DNA from: Octopus sinensis | Lineage: Eukaryota | NCBI RefSeq assembly: GCF_006345805.1 | Contig: NC_043011.1 | Location: 53,394,464-53,458,463 of the forward strand | Direction: 5' to 3' | DNA length: 64,000 nucleotides | Shown here: one piece after another, positions 1 to 13,225 of the stretch | Layout: every line of letters starts with the position of its first letter | Position numbering within the stretch: the first letter of the stretch is position 1 | Notes under the pieces: generated by a model | Databases searched by the model: none | Told to the model about the DNA's origin: nothing | The model's input: only the letters and a program-made list of their open reading frames with translations | Position numbers and translations under genes: made by a program

Positions 1-274
1 GGCTGGATATGGGTGGTTTAAATACTAAAGGGTTAAAACTGGATGTCCATAGGAACTCTTATATGGTCTTATAGCTGGATCTATAACAGAATTAGAGAAG
101 AAATTCTCGGCATGGATGCAAAATAAAGAATTAAGAGACTTCATAGTCAATTTACAAAAACTGAGGTGCTTGGGTTTGTATAAGGTACTTGGGTACATGG
201 GTATGCAGGAAATTAGACAGGATCCTGTGTTCTTTCTTTGAGAATTTATTGACTGTATACCACCTCCAAGTAAG

Positions 275-536
275 TGGAGGGGCGTGGCTTAGTGGTTAGA
301 GTGTTGGACTCATGATCGTAAGATTGTGGTTTCGATTCCTGGACTGGATGACGTATTGTGTCCTTGAGCAAGACACTTCATTTCATGTTGCTCCAGTCCA
401 CTCAGATGGCAAAAATGAGTTATCCTGTGAAGGACTGGCATCCCATCCAGGTGGGGGAATATATATGCCATGAAACCAGGAAACCAGCCCTTATGAGTGT
501 GAATGACTTGAGGAGGTAACTTTGCCTTTGCCTTTT
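275..536 (+). mobile_element. tRNA-derived SINE, head type B with tail type 2
   Basis: Pol III A-box (TGGCTTAGTGG) and B-box-like GTTTCGATTCC, followed by the core GTGTCCTTGAGCAAGACACTT. 13-bp TSD ACCTCCAAGTAAG at 262-274 and 537-549. Confidence 0.85.
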
Positions 537-1162
537 ACCTCCAAGTAAGCTTTTCTTATATCTTTTGCATCTTTACCTGCACTCATCTCAATTGGGTATC
601 TCTCTCTAGACCTTGCTCTAACCATTTTAAACTCAATAGAACCATTTCATACCTGCAATATTCTTGCATCAAATTTTTCTAAATTTTTTTTTTTAACATC
701 GGTACAACATACTTTTTGAAAATTAAAATTAATATTTCTCATGACACATTAGTTAAGTTTCGTTAGCAAATTGAAATAAATAAATAAATAAATAAATAAA
801 TATTGATTTATATGTCACCAATCACAAATTTAACCGTTTAGATTCTTGAATATATTTCACAACCAAAATAATTGATCTGACCAAATTTCATGACACACCT
901 GAGATAATCGATGACGCACTTAAGTATAGTGGCACGTACTTTGGAAACCTGTGAATAACACAACAGGTGTAGTTTAGCCCCAAGCCAATACAGACTTATC
1001 AGGCCAATGATCAAAAGCATTCCAGCCATGACCAGCCCATCCATTTCTTTGGTATTGAAGATGTAAATCTTAATTATCTACTGTATCTCTTCTGGCATGC
1101 TAACAATTCTCCCAGCTCACAACATTAATAATAATAAAAATAACATTAATAATAACAACAAC

Positions 1163-1219
<57 letters not shown>

Positions 1220-1224
1220 TTCTA

Positions 1225-1431
1225 CTAAAGGCACAAGGCCTGAAATTTGGGGGGAGAGGACTAGTCGATTACATTGACCCTAGTATTTCATTGGTACTTA
1301 ATTTCCTGACCCTGAAAGAATGAAAGGCAAAGTTGACCTTGGCAGAATTTGAACTCAGGAGATAGCAACGGGCGAAATACCTCAAAGCATTTCGACCAGA
1401 GTGCTAACGATTCTGCCAGCTAGCCGGCTTA
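1225..1431 (-). mobile_element. SINE family C copy (diverged)
   Basis: Reverse complement matches the family C body (GCTGGCAGAATCGTTAGCAC...CTGAGTTCAAATTC...CTTTGCCTTTCAT) seen many times in this window. Confidence 0.75.
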
Positions 1432-1482
1432 ATGATGATGATAATGATGATGATGATGATGATGATGACGACGATGATTATG

Positions 1483-1552
<70 letters not shown>

Positions 1553-1593
1553 AATAATGATAACATAATAATAATACTAATAATAATATTAAT

Positions 1594-1633
<40 letters not shown>

Positions 1634-1780
1634 TAATACTAATAATAATAATAATAATAATAATATTAATAATAATAATAATAATCATAATAATAATAAT
1701 GATAATAATAATAATAATAAGAAGAAGAAGAAGAAGAACAACAACAACAACAACAACAACAATAACAACAACAGCAACAG
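1432..1780. repeat. (GAT)n/(TAA)n/(GAA)n/(CAA)n compound microsatellite
   Basis: Directly visible trinucleotide runs. Confidence 0.95.
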
Positions 1781-2179
1781 CGTTAAGACAAGGACTCTAA
1801 GAGTGTAATTAGATAACCGAGAAGAACGGAGTTTTCGCAACGTTGGGTATCGGAGAAATTCTGATCTGGTATTTCAGAATTGCTGATCTGAGAAACGTGA
1901 CTAAACGGTGAATCAAGTCGGTATTTTCTTGCTCTTGCTGCTTTACTGCTGAATGCTGATTGGCTTGCTGGCCGTAACAGTAGCAGTGACACAGCAATCA
2001 GCTATGGTCTTCCCCCCCCCCCCGAAGGACGTTCTTGGACTATCATTCTGTGTCTGCTGAAGAGATGGCACTATAGAACGGTAATAAAACCTCATTATTG
2101 AAACAATCAGGATGCGGGGGGGGGGGCCGTTTGTATCTAACTGCCTCACTCGCTAATGCACTCACACATAATGCATATT

Positions 2180-2243
2180 TATACATAAGTATACATACAT
2201 GAACATACATACACATAAATATATATAAATATATATAATATAT

Positions 2244-2326
<83 letters not shown>

Positions 2327-2446
2327 ATACATACAGACATACATACATATATATTATATATATATATATAGACATATATATATGTATATATATGTATATA
2401 TACATATATATGTATATATATGTAATATACATATATATTAAAACGA

Positions 2447-2537
<91 letters not shown>

Positions 2538-2539
2538 CA

Positions 2540-2587
<48 letters not shown>

Positions 2588-2660
2588 ATATATATATATA
2601 TATATACATACAGACATACATACATATATATATATATATATTATATATATATATATATGA
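2180..2660. repeat. (TA)n-rich microsatellite
   Basis: Directly visible; source of the YI-repeat ORFs. Confidence 0.95.
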
Positions 2661-2690
2661 TTGATGGATGGATAGATAGATAGTCCTATT

Positions 2691-3016
2691 GTGAGGGCGC
2701 GTGGCTTAGTGGTTAGGGCATTCGGCTCATGATCGTAAGGTTGTGAGTTCGATTCCCGGTGACGCGTTGTGTCCTTGAGCAAGACACTTTATTTCACGTT
2801 GCTCCAGTCCACTCAGCTGGCAAAAATGAGCTGTACTTGTATTTCAAAGGGTCAGCCTTGTCACTCTCTGTGTCACGCTGATTATCCCCGAGAACTACGT
2901 TAAGGGTACACGTGTCTGTGGAATGCTCAGCCATTTGCACGTTAATTTCACGAGCAAGCCGTTCTGTTGATCGTATCAGCTGGGACCCTCGTCGTCGTAA
3001 CCGGCGGAGTCTTTAG
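2691..3016 (+). mobile_element. tRNA-derived SINE, head type B with tail type 1
   Basis: tRNA-like head GGCGCGTGGCTTAGTGGTTAGG...GAGTTCGATTCCC. 13-bp TSD AGATAGTCCTATT at 2678-2690 and 3017-3029. Confidence 0.9.
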
Positions 3017-3358
3017 AGATAGTCCTATTACATATGTATGTGTATTGATTTCTCTGAAGAGCCAGCTGCACACTATGAAAACTTTGGGATACTGGATCGG
3101 TCCAATACATACATACATATATATAAATATATATATATATATATTTATATTTAGATATATATATATCAAAATAAGCAACAAGGATATCCAGAGGTAATGC
3201 AGTACAATCGTTTCATGCAACACCATTTAACTGAACAATGGATATCCTCTGGATATCGTTGTTGCTTATTTTGATTTTAATCACCCTATTTTGAAATTGT
3301 ATTGATAATACCATACTAAATTCTGGTGCCTCAACTTAAGTACCATATTATCTGAATC

Positions 3359-3444
<86 letters not shown>

Positions 3445-3445
<1 letters not shown>

Positions 3446-3790
3446 TTATCATCATCATCATCATTGTTTAACATCTGCTTTCCATGCCAGCATGGTTGGA
3501 TGATTTTGACTGAGGGCTGGCCAACCAGATGGCTACACCAGGCTCCAATCTGATCTGGCAGAGTTTCTACAGCTGGATGCCCCTCCTAACGCCAACCACT
3601 CCAAGAGTGCATTGGGTGCTTTTACATGCCGCCGGCACAAACTCTAGTTAGGCGATACTGGCAATGGCCATGTTCAAATGGTGTTTTTTACGTACCACCT
3701 GCACAGTACCCTGTCCAGCAACGACCTTGCTCGAATGTTTTTTCACATGCCACCGGAATTCTTCTGGCAACGATCACACTTGGATGGTGC
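3445..3790 (-). mobile_element. SINE-like repeat with (GAT)n tail (family F)
   Basis: Similar to the opposite-strand copy at about 4320-4735 (GTGGTTGGCRTTAGGA...GCATCC...GGAAAGCAGATGTTAAA followed by GAT repeats). Confidence 0.6.
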
Positions 3791-3800
3791 TCATATATGC

Positions 3801-3858
<58 letters not shown>

Positions 3859-3966
3859 TATATATATATATATATATATATACATACATATATACATATA
3901 CATATACACATATATATATATATACATATACATATACATACACACACACACACACCACACACACAC

Positions 3967-4015
<49 letters not shown>

Positions 4016-4231
4016 TCATATTTATGTAACTACACACATGCTGTTGGTGATTTGTTTCCTTCTTTGGACTTCTCTCCTTTAACTTTTTCCATTCCGATGA
4101 AGAGCTATGCTTGAAATGTCAAAAACCCTCTTGTTTCACAGAGTGCCAAGCTAATACATTCCATGTACACATCTTGTAATTTTGTTATTGTTATTTTTAA
4201 TGTTTGTTTATTTGATTTGACTACATATACA

Positions 4232-4266
<35 letters not shown>

Positions 4267-4514
4267 GTGTGTATTTATGTATGTTTGCATGTATGTATAT
4301 GCATACATAGTTGTGGCTGTTACCGGTTTCATGTAAATGTCACCTGTACCAGTGGCATGTAAAAAGCACCCATTACACTCTCAGAGTGGTTGGCATTAGG
4401 ATGGCCATCCAACCATGGAAACCATGCCAAATCAGACAGGAACCTGATGCAGCTCTCTTGCTTGCCAGCTCTGGTCAAACCATCCAACTCATACCATCAT
4501 GGAAGATGGACATT

Positions 4515-4695
4515 TATTTCTTTATTGACCACAGGGGGATAAAAATACAGGGGACAAACAAGGACAGACAAGGAGATTAAGTAGATTACATCGACCCCAG
4601 TGCGTAACTGGTACTTATTTAATCGACCCCGAAAGGATGAAAGGAAAAGTTGACCTCAGCAGAATTTGAACTCAGAATGTAACGGCAGACGATCA
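4515..4695 (-). mobile_element. 5'-truncated SINE C nested inside a family F repeat
   Basis: 12-bp TSD AAGATGGACATT at 4503-4514 and 4696-4707; family C body and tail. Confidence 0.85.
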
Positions 4696-4740
4696 AAGAT
4701 GGACATTAAAGGGTGATATCATGATCATGATGATATACAT

Positions 4741-5400
4741 GTGTGTGACTGTGTGGTAAGAAGCTTGCTTTCCCAACTACATGATTCTGGGTTCAGATCC
4801 ACTGCATGACACCTTGGGTAAGTGTCTTCTACTTTAACCTCTGGCCAACCAAAACTTTGTGAGTAGACTTAGTAGATAGAAACTGAAAGAAATTGAAGGC
4901 AGCGAGCTGGCAGAAACGTTAGCACGCCAGGTGAAATGCTTGGCGGTATTTCATCTGTCTTTACATTCTGAGTTCAAATTCTGCCAAGATCAACTTTGCC
5001 TTTCATCCTTCCGGGGTTGATAAATTAAGTACCAGTTACGCACTGGAGTCGATGTAATCCCTTTTTCTGTCCTTGTTTGTCCCCTCTATGTTTAGCCCCT
5101 TGTGGGCAATAAACAAATAAGAAAGAAGCCCATCATGTGTGGGTGTGCATGTGGGTGGGTGTGTGTGGGTGGGTTTGTGTGTCTTTGTGTCTGTATTTGT
5201 CTCCCCACCACTGCTTAACAATCGGTGTTGGTCTGTTTCCTTTCCCTAACTTAGCAGTTCAGCAAAAGAGACCGATAGAATAAGTACTAGGCTTTAAAAA
5301 ATAAGTCTTGTGGTCAATCTGTTTGACTAAAACCCTTCAAGACAGTGACCCAGCATGGCCACAGTGAAATGGAAAATGACTAAAACAATATAAATAGAAA
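4741..5400 (+). mobile_element. SINE family A copy interrupted by a full SINE C (about 4896-5121)
   Basis: Family A head stops at ACTGAAAGAA and resumes after the C copy with GAAAGAAGCCC. Confidence 0.8.
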
Positions 5401-5617
5401 AGTTAATAGAAGTAGCCATCTGTTACCATAAAGGAAAAATATAATTATCACTAAATGCAATTAAGGAAGACAAGACACCTACACTGCTAGAAATAAGAGC
5501 TCTAATGCTGTAGGTAAAGCATATAATTGTATACATATATGCTCACAGGGGCTGTTATTGCCCAGAAATGGGAATTCTTGAGTGGGTGTTTTTGGGTGAT
5601 TACAACCCCTGTGATCA

Positions 5618-5717
5618 NNNNNNNNNNNNNNNNNNNNNNNNNNNNNNNNNNNNNNNNNNNNNNNNNNNNNNNNNNNNNNNNNNNNNNNNNNNNNNNNNNN
5701 NNNNNNNNNNNNNNNNN
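5618..5717. other. Assembly gap (100 N)
   Basis: Run of N. The true gap size and the adjacency of the flanks are unknown. Confidence 1.
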
Positions 5718-6575
5718 AGAGAAAGAGAGAAAGAAAGAAGGAAGGAAAAACAAGAAGAGTGATAGAGAGAGAGAGAAAGAGAAAGAAAGTGAATGAGTGT
5801 GTATGGTGAGAGTGAGAGTGGAGGTTATTCGGTAAAGAAATTTTTGCTCTTGTAGCTTTTGCACTGACACAAAAACATACAACAACATACGAAGAGAAGA
5901 GAAGAGAAAACCAAAGAAGGCGTGATGCACACGTTAATATAACTGAAATATTATAAGACGGCTTTAGATCAAGTCTTCTTGAGTCCGCACCTATGTAAGA
6001 TCAGTGCGCTAGCCTCTGTCTCTCACTGTGGTGTGTGTGTCGAGGTGTAGAGCTTGCAATAGAATCTTCAACGCCGTTGCTTTATGGGCTAACTCAACAA
6101 CAACAAACAAGAACAACAACACAACCATTTCGGTATGGTACACAGAATCTCGTCTTTTATTATTTCTTTGTTGATCAGTTTTATTTCTGATATTCTGTAG
6201 TTGTTGTTGCAACCGTTGTTTTGTGTTGTTGTTATTGGCTCCTTGTCAGTTGCGATCGATCAAGCAGACATCTTTTTCTGATGATCAAAGAATGTTCCAG
6301 CCTTGACGATCTCGTCTTTTTTTTGTTTTTTTTTGTTTTTTTTTTTGCTATGTTGCTGCTACACATTATTCAATGTGTCCTTTTTCTTAAACCGGTGAAT
6401 GAATTTAAAGAGATTTAACTGCTATTTCTAGCTGCTCGAGCTATCACGAGTAGTGCCCCTCGTTTGGCTATTTGCAATGGCGATGATACACGGCGATGTT
6501 TCAGATCAAGTGCCGTAAACATAAATTCACGTATATATTACATACGCACACTCATACACATATACACACCTACAC

Positions 6576-6614
<39 letters not shown>

Positions 6615-6852
6615 CACACACACACACACACACACATCAGTACAGTCATCACTAAAGTGATGCTAGAAACAAGAGTTAAAGCCACTCTTAGCCGCGGGCA
6701 AAGCACATATCTATTGACTGACAAGGAAGACAACCTCCCTACCGCAAACGCCGAGTGCGGATTGAATTTAATCCTCATCAGTGGCACGTACCTAGGGTTA
6801 AATTGAACTCGCTTTGTCAGTTTATAGAAAATGCCATAGGAATGAGAGGCCG

Positions 6853-7012
6853 GGATCTTTTCTTCTCCTATGTTTCCGACGAAGAGCTCCGCTCGAAACG
6901 TTAAACCCTCCTTCTTCCCTTCTTTCCTGAGCGTCCAATAATACTTTATTTGTTCCACGTCCTCGCGTTGTTGTGTTTTTTGTTTTTTTGTGTTTTCTTG
7001 TTTGGATTAACT
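6853..7012 (+). mobile_element. Short Penelope/retrozyme-like repeat with hammerhead-like motif
   Basis: Near-identical reverse-complement copy at about 38905-39060. Contains GTTT-CCGACGA-A-GAGCtccGCTC-GAAACGTT-AAAC. Confidence 0.65.
6872..6906 (+). ncRNA. Candidate minimal type I hammerhead ribozyme (U4C core variant)
   Basis: Stem I GTTT/AAAC, core CCGACGA plus an extra A, stem II GAGC/GCTC, GAAA, palindromic stem III ACGT. Activity untested. Confidence 0.5.
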
Positions 7013-7135
7013 ATATATATATGTGTGTGTGTGTGTGTATTTCAGTTTGAACCCCCTTTTCATCCTGTGTTCAAAACTTGTTCCGTTTCACTTTACCTCT
7101 CAGTTTCTCCCATTCTCTCTCTTTCTCTCTTTCTT

Positions 7136-7176
<41 letters not shown>

Positions 7177-7879
7177 GCGTTGCAAGATTCTTGATGTGAA
7201 ACTGTGTGTTGAGAAACGTCACGTGGGAGGCTCATCTTGCTCATAGAATCACATCTACCGGCTCTATTTCATTTCTTAAATCTGGTAGTATCGATTTTCC
7301 CCTCAAAAGGACAGCAGACGGCGGCGACGCTGACGACGACGACGATGAAGAAGAAGGAAAAGAAGAACAGATCCCTAGTATTTAACTGTTGATTTATTTA
7401 TTGCCTCACCCCGTCCAAAAATAGGAAAAAAAAATTTGATTTCAGCTGGATTTGAACTATGAGCGTAGAGAGCCGAAACAAATACCTCAAAGTATAGCTT
7501 TTGTCAGTATTCTCACGTCTTTGTCAATTCGACGCCATATTTATTCCCCCAGATACGCTCCAGTTTGCTTAAACTGCTACAAAATAATTCTGCTTATCAC
7601 GACCATTTTCTCTTACTTTTCATACGTATGTATGCTTTATTTTTCGTGGAAATCCAAACTATTGATAATATAATAATAAGTGGTAATCCTCTTGTAGTGT
7701 TTAACCCCGTGTTAGCTCTGGCTTAGATGTTCTGGTCGTGAACGTAACATCGCTTTGTACATTTAGAATTAAGCGCCATATTTGATGACGTAATAAGACG
7801 CGTCTCCCTCCAATACAAACGTCACAAAATGTCGTCCTCGTTTCCAATATCTCTTTTTTAAAATCTTTATTTTTTAAAT

Positions 7880-8213
7880 TTTTATATCGTTTCAATCACT
7901 AGACTGCAGTCATGATGGGGCCCTGCCTTGAGAATATCTTTTAAAGCCTGGTACTTATTTTATTGATCTCTCGTTGAACTGCAAAGTTACGGGCACGATA
8001 AAAACACCAACACCAGTTGTCAAGCAGTGGGAGAGGCTGCGCGCGCACACACACACGACGGGTTTCTTTCAGTTTCTGTCAACCAAATCCGCTCACAAGA
8101 CTTTGGTCAGCCCGAGGCTGTAGTAGAAGACACCTGCCCAAGGTGTCACACAGTGAGAGTAAACCCAGAACCATCTGGTTAGGAAACAAGCTTTTTTACC
8201 ACACAACCACGGT
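7880..8213 (-). mobile_element. SINE family A (diverged, internally deleted)
   Basis: Matches the reverse complement of 8772-9193. Confidence 0.75.
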
Positions 8214-8291
8214 TGTGAAATTGCTTTGAATACTAGATATTTTAATGCGCTAAAAAACATTTCTTGGCGATCCTTCGATATTGGTCTACAG

Positions 8292-8510
8292 CAGTGCTTT
8301 TCAAACTTTTTGCTGGAGCGGAACCCCAAGGAAACATTCCACTGGCTCAAGGAACCCCTGTGCAATAATTTAATACTCTTATGCACACATATCTGCACAG
8401 GAGAATTAAAAATTACTGTCGATTTTAGCAGTTTTGTAACTTCTTGCGGAACCCCTGGACTGTACTGGCGGAACCCTAAGGTTCTGCGGAACCCTGGTTG
8501 AAAACCACTG
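8292..8510. mobile_element. hAT (Charlie-like) MITE
   Basis: TIRs CAGTGCTTTTCAA / TTGAAAACCACTG. Perfect 8-bp TSD GTCTACAG at 8284-8291 and 8511-8518. Confidence 0.9.
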
Positions 8511-8771
8511 GTCTACAGAGTGTCGGTATGAAGAGATGATGTCATTCACTCTCTTTTTCAGCCTATCCTCATTATCTATGTCATGAGGGTAAGTTGTATG
8601 AGTGAATGACCTCATGTACCAATATCAATGGATTGCTTTCTCCCCATACTAAATATATGTTGCTGAAATTGGGGTGCAACTAATCAGCCAGTGCGGCTTT
8701 TAAACCATCAAATAAAGTACATTATCAAAAGTGTCTTGGTTTAAAAAAAAAAAATTTTTTTACTCAAGATA

Positions 8772-9193
8772 GGCGCAGGAGTGACTGTGTGGTAAGTAGC
8801 TTGCTAAACAACCACATGGTTCCGGGTTCAGTCCCACTGCATGGCCCCTTGGGCAATTGTCTTCTACTATAGCCCCGGGCCGACCAATGCCTTGTGAGTG
8901 GATTTGGTAGACGGAAACTGAAAGAAGCCTGTCGTATATATGTATATATATATATGTATGTGTGTGTGTTTGTGTGAGTGTGTTTGTCCCCCTAGCATTG
9001 CTTGACAACCGATGCTGGTGTGTTTACGTTCCCGTCACTTAGCGGTTCGGCAAAAGAGACTGATAGAATAAGTACTGGGCTTACAAAAAAGAATAAGTCC
9101 CGGGGTCGAGTTGCTCGATTAAAGGCGGTGCTCCAGCATGGTCGCAGTCAAATGACTGAAACAAGTAAAAGAGTAAAAGAGAGTAAAGAGTAA
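8772..9193 (+). mobile_element. SINE family A, full length
   Basis: Head GGCGCAGGAGTGRCTGTGTGGTAAG...GGTTCAGTCCC, CORE-like CCTTGGGCAA, internal TA/TG microsatellite, (GAGTAAAA)n tail. More than 12 copies in the window. Confidence 0.9.
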
Positions 9194-9655
9194 GATGAGT
9201 AATATGGGGTTTGTAAGTGAATGTGTGGGAGGCGGTCTAGGAGATATCTCGCTGTTATTACAGTCAGGTCAATCAACTATGTAGAGTCCGTTTCGTTATC
9301 TAGTATTGGTGTATCCACATGTCTGGTGGTGGTTGAACATGATGTTGCAGCAGCAGTAGTTCTTGTTCCTGCTGCTGTTGTTGTTGTTGTTGTTGCTGCT
9401 GTTACTGCTGCTGCTCTTATTTATCTCCAATTCAGCCCTGAGCTAACAGGATTATGATCAAAAGGTGTGATCACCGCATATTTTTCTTCCAAAATAGTGC
9501 ATCGAAGATCATAAGATCTAGTATATACCCAACTCCCGTATTTTTTTTTTTTAAAGTTAATACAAGTATAATTTGACTGCTCTTTCTAGTAGGCTATGTG
9601 CTCCTTTAAGTCTCCCTTGCCGACTCAGTTCACAATGGTTGTATGAGTTAGCGTT

Positions 9656-10037
9656 GGAGGCGCAATGGCCCAGTGGTTTGGGCAGCGGACTCGCGGTCAT
9701 AGGATCACGGTTTCGATTCCCAGACCGGGCGTTGTGAGTGTTTATCGAGCGAAAACACCTAAAGCTCCACGAGGCTCCGGCAGGGGATGGTGGTGATCCC
9801 TGCTGTACTCTTTCACCACAACTTTCTCTCACTCTTACTTCCTGTTTCTGTTGTACCTGTATTTCAAAGAGCCGGCCTTGTCCCTCTCTGTGTCACGCTG
9901 AATATCCCCGAGAACTGCGTTAAGGGTACACGTGTCTGTGGAGTGCTCACCCACTTACACGTTAATTTCACGAGCAGGCTGTTCCGTTGATTCGGATCAA
10001 CCGGAACCCTCATCGTCGTAACCGACGGAGTGCTTCC
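9656..10037 (+). mobile_element. tRNA-derived SINE, head type D with tail type 1
   Basis: Head GGAGGCGCAATGGCCCAGTGG...GGTTTCGATTCCC. TSD ATGAGTTAGCGTT (9643-9655) / ATGAATTAGCGTT (10038-10050). Confidence 0.9.
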
Positions 10038-10084
10038 ATGAATTAGCGTTAATTAAGCAGAATTATGGAGTATTTTGCAAATAT

Positions 10085-10866
10085 TCTTTTATTTGTTTCA
10101 ATCATTTGACTGCGGCCATGCTAGAGCACCACCTTTGTAACCCTAGTACTTATTCTATCGGTGTGTTTTGCCGAACCGCTAAGTTACAGGATGTAAACAC
10201 ACCAGCATCGGTTGTCAAGCGGGGTACAAACACAGACAGACAAACATACTTCTTTCAGTTTCCGTCTACCAAATCCACTCACAAGGGTTTGGTCGGCCTG
10301 AGGCAAAAGTAGAAGACACTTTTCCCAAGGTGCCATGCAGTGAGACTGAACCTGGAACCATGTGGTTGATAATGTTTATAGTAGCAAAAGTTGTGATGAA
10401 TTAGTGTTGAGTCTTTTTGAGCTTTGTAGAGGGATCTGGATATCTTATAGTATTTTACTTGTTTCAGTCATTAGACTGCGGCCATACTGGTGCACAAGTC
10501 TTGAGAAATTTTCGTCGAACGAATCGACCCAATACAATTTTATTTCAAGCCTGATACATAGTCTTTCGATATCGCTTGGTACTTATTCTATCGATATCTC
10601 CTGCCGAACTGCTAAGATACGGGATCGTAAACACACCACCACCGGTTGTCTGGCAGTAGGGGTGGGGACACAAAAACAGCTACAAAGACATATACAAACA
10701 TAAATATGTGTATATACATACGACGGGCTTTTTTCAGTTTCCGTTTACCAAATTCACTCACAAGGTTTTGGTCGGCCTGAGGCTATAGCAGAAGACACTT
10801 GCCCAAGGTGTTACGCCGTGGGACTGAACCCGGAACCTAGTGTTTCTGAAGCAAACTTCTTACCAT
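10085..10866 (-). mobile_element. Two adjacent SINE family A copies (about 10085-10368 and 10453-10866)
   Basis: Reverse-complement similarity to the family A head, core and tail. Confidence 0.8.
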
Positions 10867-11595
10867 ACGGTCACGCCTGCGCCTATAAGGCTGGTATGCA
10901 TTGGTGACTGCTGGTCTTTCATAAATAACCTTATCCGGACTTGTGCCTTGGTGAGGAACTTTTTAGACGCAAGGGGGACTTTACCAATTTTTACAAGGCG
11001 GCTAGTTGGCTCAGCAATATTTCGCCCGTCTTTACATTCTGAGCTAAAATTCCGCCGAAGTCGACTTTGCCTTTGAGACCCGATAAAATAAGTACCAATT
11101 GAACACTCTAATCGACTCCCCCACCCCTGGCCGAAATTGACGGCCATGTGTTAAAATTTTAAACCAATATTGCATCGTTAGTAAATTCATCGTCATACTG
11201 TTTATTTCATTTTTTTTATCCAGACCGCAAATACACTGCTAAGCATTATTTAAAGTTTTTATTTGCTAAGTAAATACGTTTCGTTTCATTAAGAGCGAAA
11301 AAGAAATTAAAACACAAAAATTTATTAATATCAAATTTACTCAATATATAAATAGAAAAAAAATTAACCAAAGCTACTTTTAAAAATAGAATCACACGCA
11401 CAAACAAAAAATCTAAAATATAGCACCGTTTTAATTCAATAGAAGAAACATTCTAAAAGCGATAAATTAAAAGTAGAGTGGAATTCCAATTTAATAACCC
11501 AATAGTTCGAAAGTTTGATATTCATTCATTAAGCATCTCCCTCTCCCCGCCTTTTCCTCTCCGCCTCTCTCTCTCTCTCACTCAATATATATATA

Positions 11596-12432
11596 TCTAT
11601 ATATATAAAACTCAACTTGTGTGTCTGTGTGTGTATCTGTGTGTGTGCATGTGTGTTTAACTTCCCGGCACATCTCCTCCTAGCCAACAAATCGTAGAAC
11701 CACCAAAAATGGGTCACTTAAAGTTTAGGCGAATGAAAATTGAACTGCGCTATTTCTGTTCCGAAATTCATCTCGCAAGTGCAAAAATCGATAATGTGTT
11801 TGTTTAGGCCTTATTCCATGCATTGAATAGTGAACTTTACTCAGTCAGCTGTTTGACGTGAACTGCGTTCACCACGCGTGCAAGCATGCGTAAATTGCAT
11901 GAAAAATAAAAAAATCAAGATATAAAAACGAATCGCCGTAAACATTGTAGAAATTCGGCAAAGAAATGAATTTTCGGGATGTAGCCTGGAGGGTTTTTTC
12001 GTATTAATCGTTTGGACTTTGTGAACACATACCAATTGTTTTCATAACATTTTTAACGCTTTGAATTAAATGTGACCATTTTGCGTTGAGTCTGCAGTTT
12101 GAATCACTTTAACCAAATTTTAGCTGGCCGGATTTTTTATCATCACGATACATCGCCAGCGACTCCCTGAAACTCTCCCCTGAAATCCCCGTTGAGAAAT
12201 ACTGATCTAAAAGAATAATTCAGCAATGCAATTATTTGATCAACAAAAATTTATGAAACGCTTCTACGTACTTCCTATTGAGGAAATGGAACACATAATC
12301 GCAAAAATAGAGGGCATTAAATGCTTGATTTTAAAACCAAAATAATTGAATTTTGATTGAACTTCATCCAAGTTTAGCTTAATTAGCGCATGCATAGAAC
12401 GCACGAGCGCACGAGCCGGGCAATACTGCTAG
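11596..12432 (+). mobile_element. Non-autonomous Helitron-like element
   Basis: 5' TCTATATATATAAAA; 3' GC-rich stretch followed by CTAG; sits between A and T in a (TA)n tract; no TSD. Confidence 0.65.
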
Positions 12433-12460
<28 letters not shown>

Positions 12461-12502
<42 letters not shown>

Positions 12503-12663
12503 CATAGATATAGATATCGATACACACATATATATATATATATATATCAATATGTGTGTAAATGTAGATATATTTAGAAACACATGTATGTGTGTATATA
12601 TATATCTATATATATATAAAACTGAGAATGTGTGTCTGTCTGTCTGTGTGAATCCCTAAAACA

Positions 12664-12717
<54 letters not shown>

Positions 12718-12999
12718 ATATATAGCTGTATATGTATACGTGTATATGTATAGATGTATTTCTATAGATATACATGTATGTCTAGATGTATATATATATA
12801 TATGGAGAGAGAGAGAGAGAGAGAGAGATGCACATAGATATAGATATCGATACACACATATATATATATATATATATATCAATATGTGTGTAAATGTAGA
12901 TATATTTAGAACACATGTATGTGTGTATATATATATCTATATATATAAAACTGAGAATGTGTGTCTGTCTGTCTGTGTGAATCCCTAAAACATATATAT

Positions 13000-13044
<45 letters not shown>

Positions 13045-13130
13045 ATATATAGCTGTATATGTATACGTGTATATGTATAGATGTATTTCTATAGATATAC
13101 ATGTATGTCTAGATGTATATATATATATAG
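12461..13130. repeat. Tandem duplication of about 335 bp, each copy including a Helitron-like 5' end
   Basis: Two near-identical copies (about 12461-12800 and 12802-13130), each containing TCTATATATATAAAACTGAGAATGTGTGTC. Confidence 0.85.
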
Positions 13131-13225
13131 ATGTACATGTAATATGTACACATATATATATTCATACATATATACACCCATACACACATACACACACACA
13201 CTACATACACACACATACATAAGTG

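Noticed and set aside
2695-2768. Possible tRNA gene (CAT in the anticodon-loop position); likewise 9658-9730
   Set aside because: Arms are imperfect and the sequence continues into a SINE body bracketed by TSDs, so these are SINE heads rather than tRNA genes.
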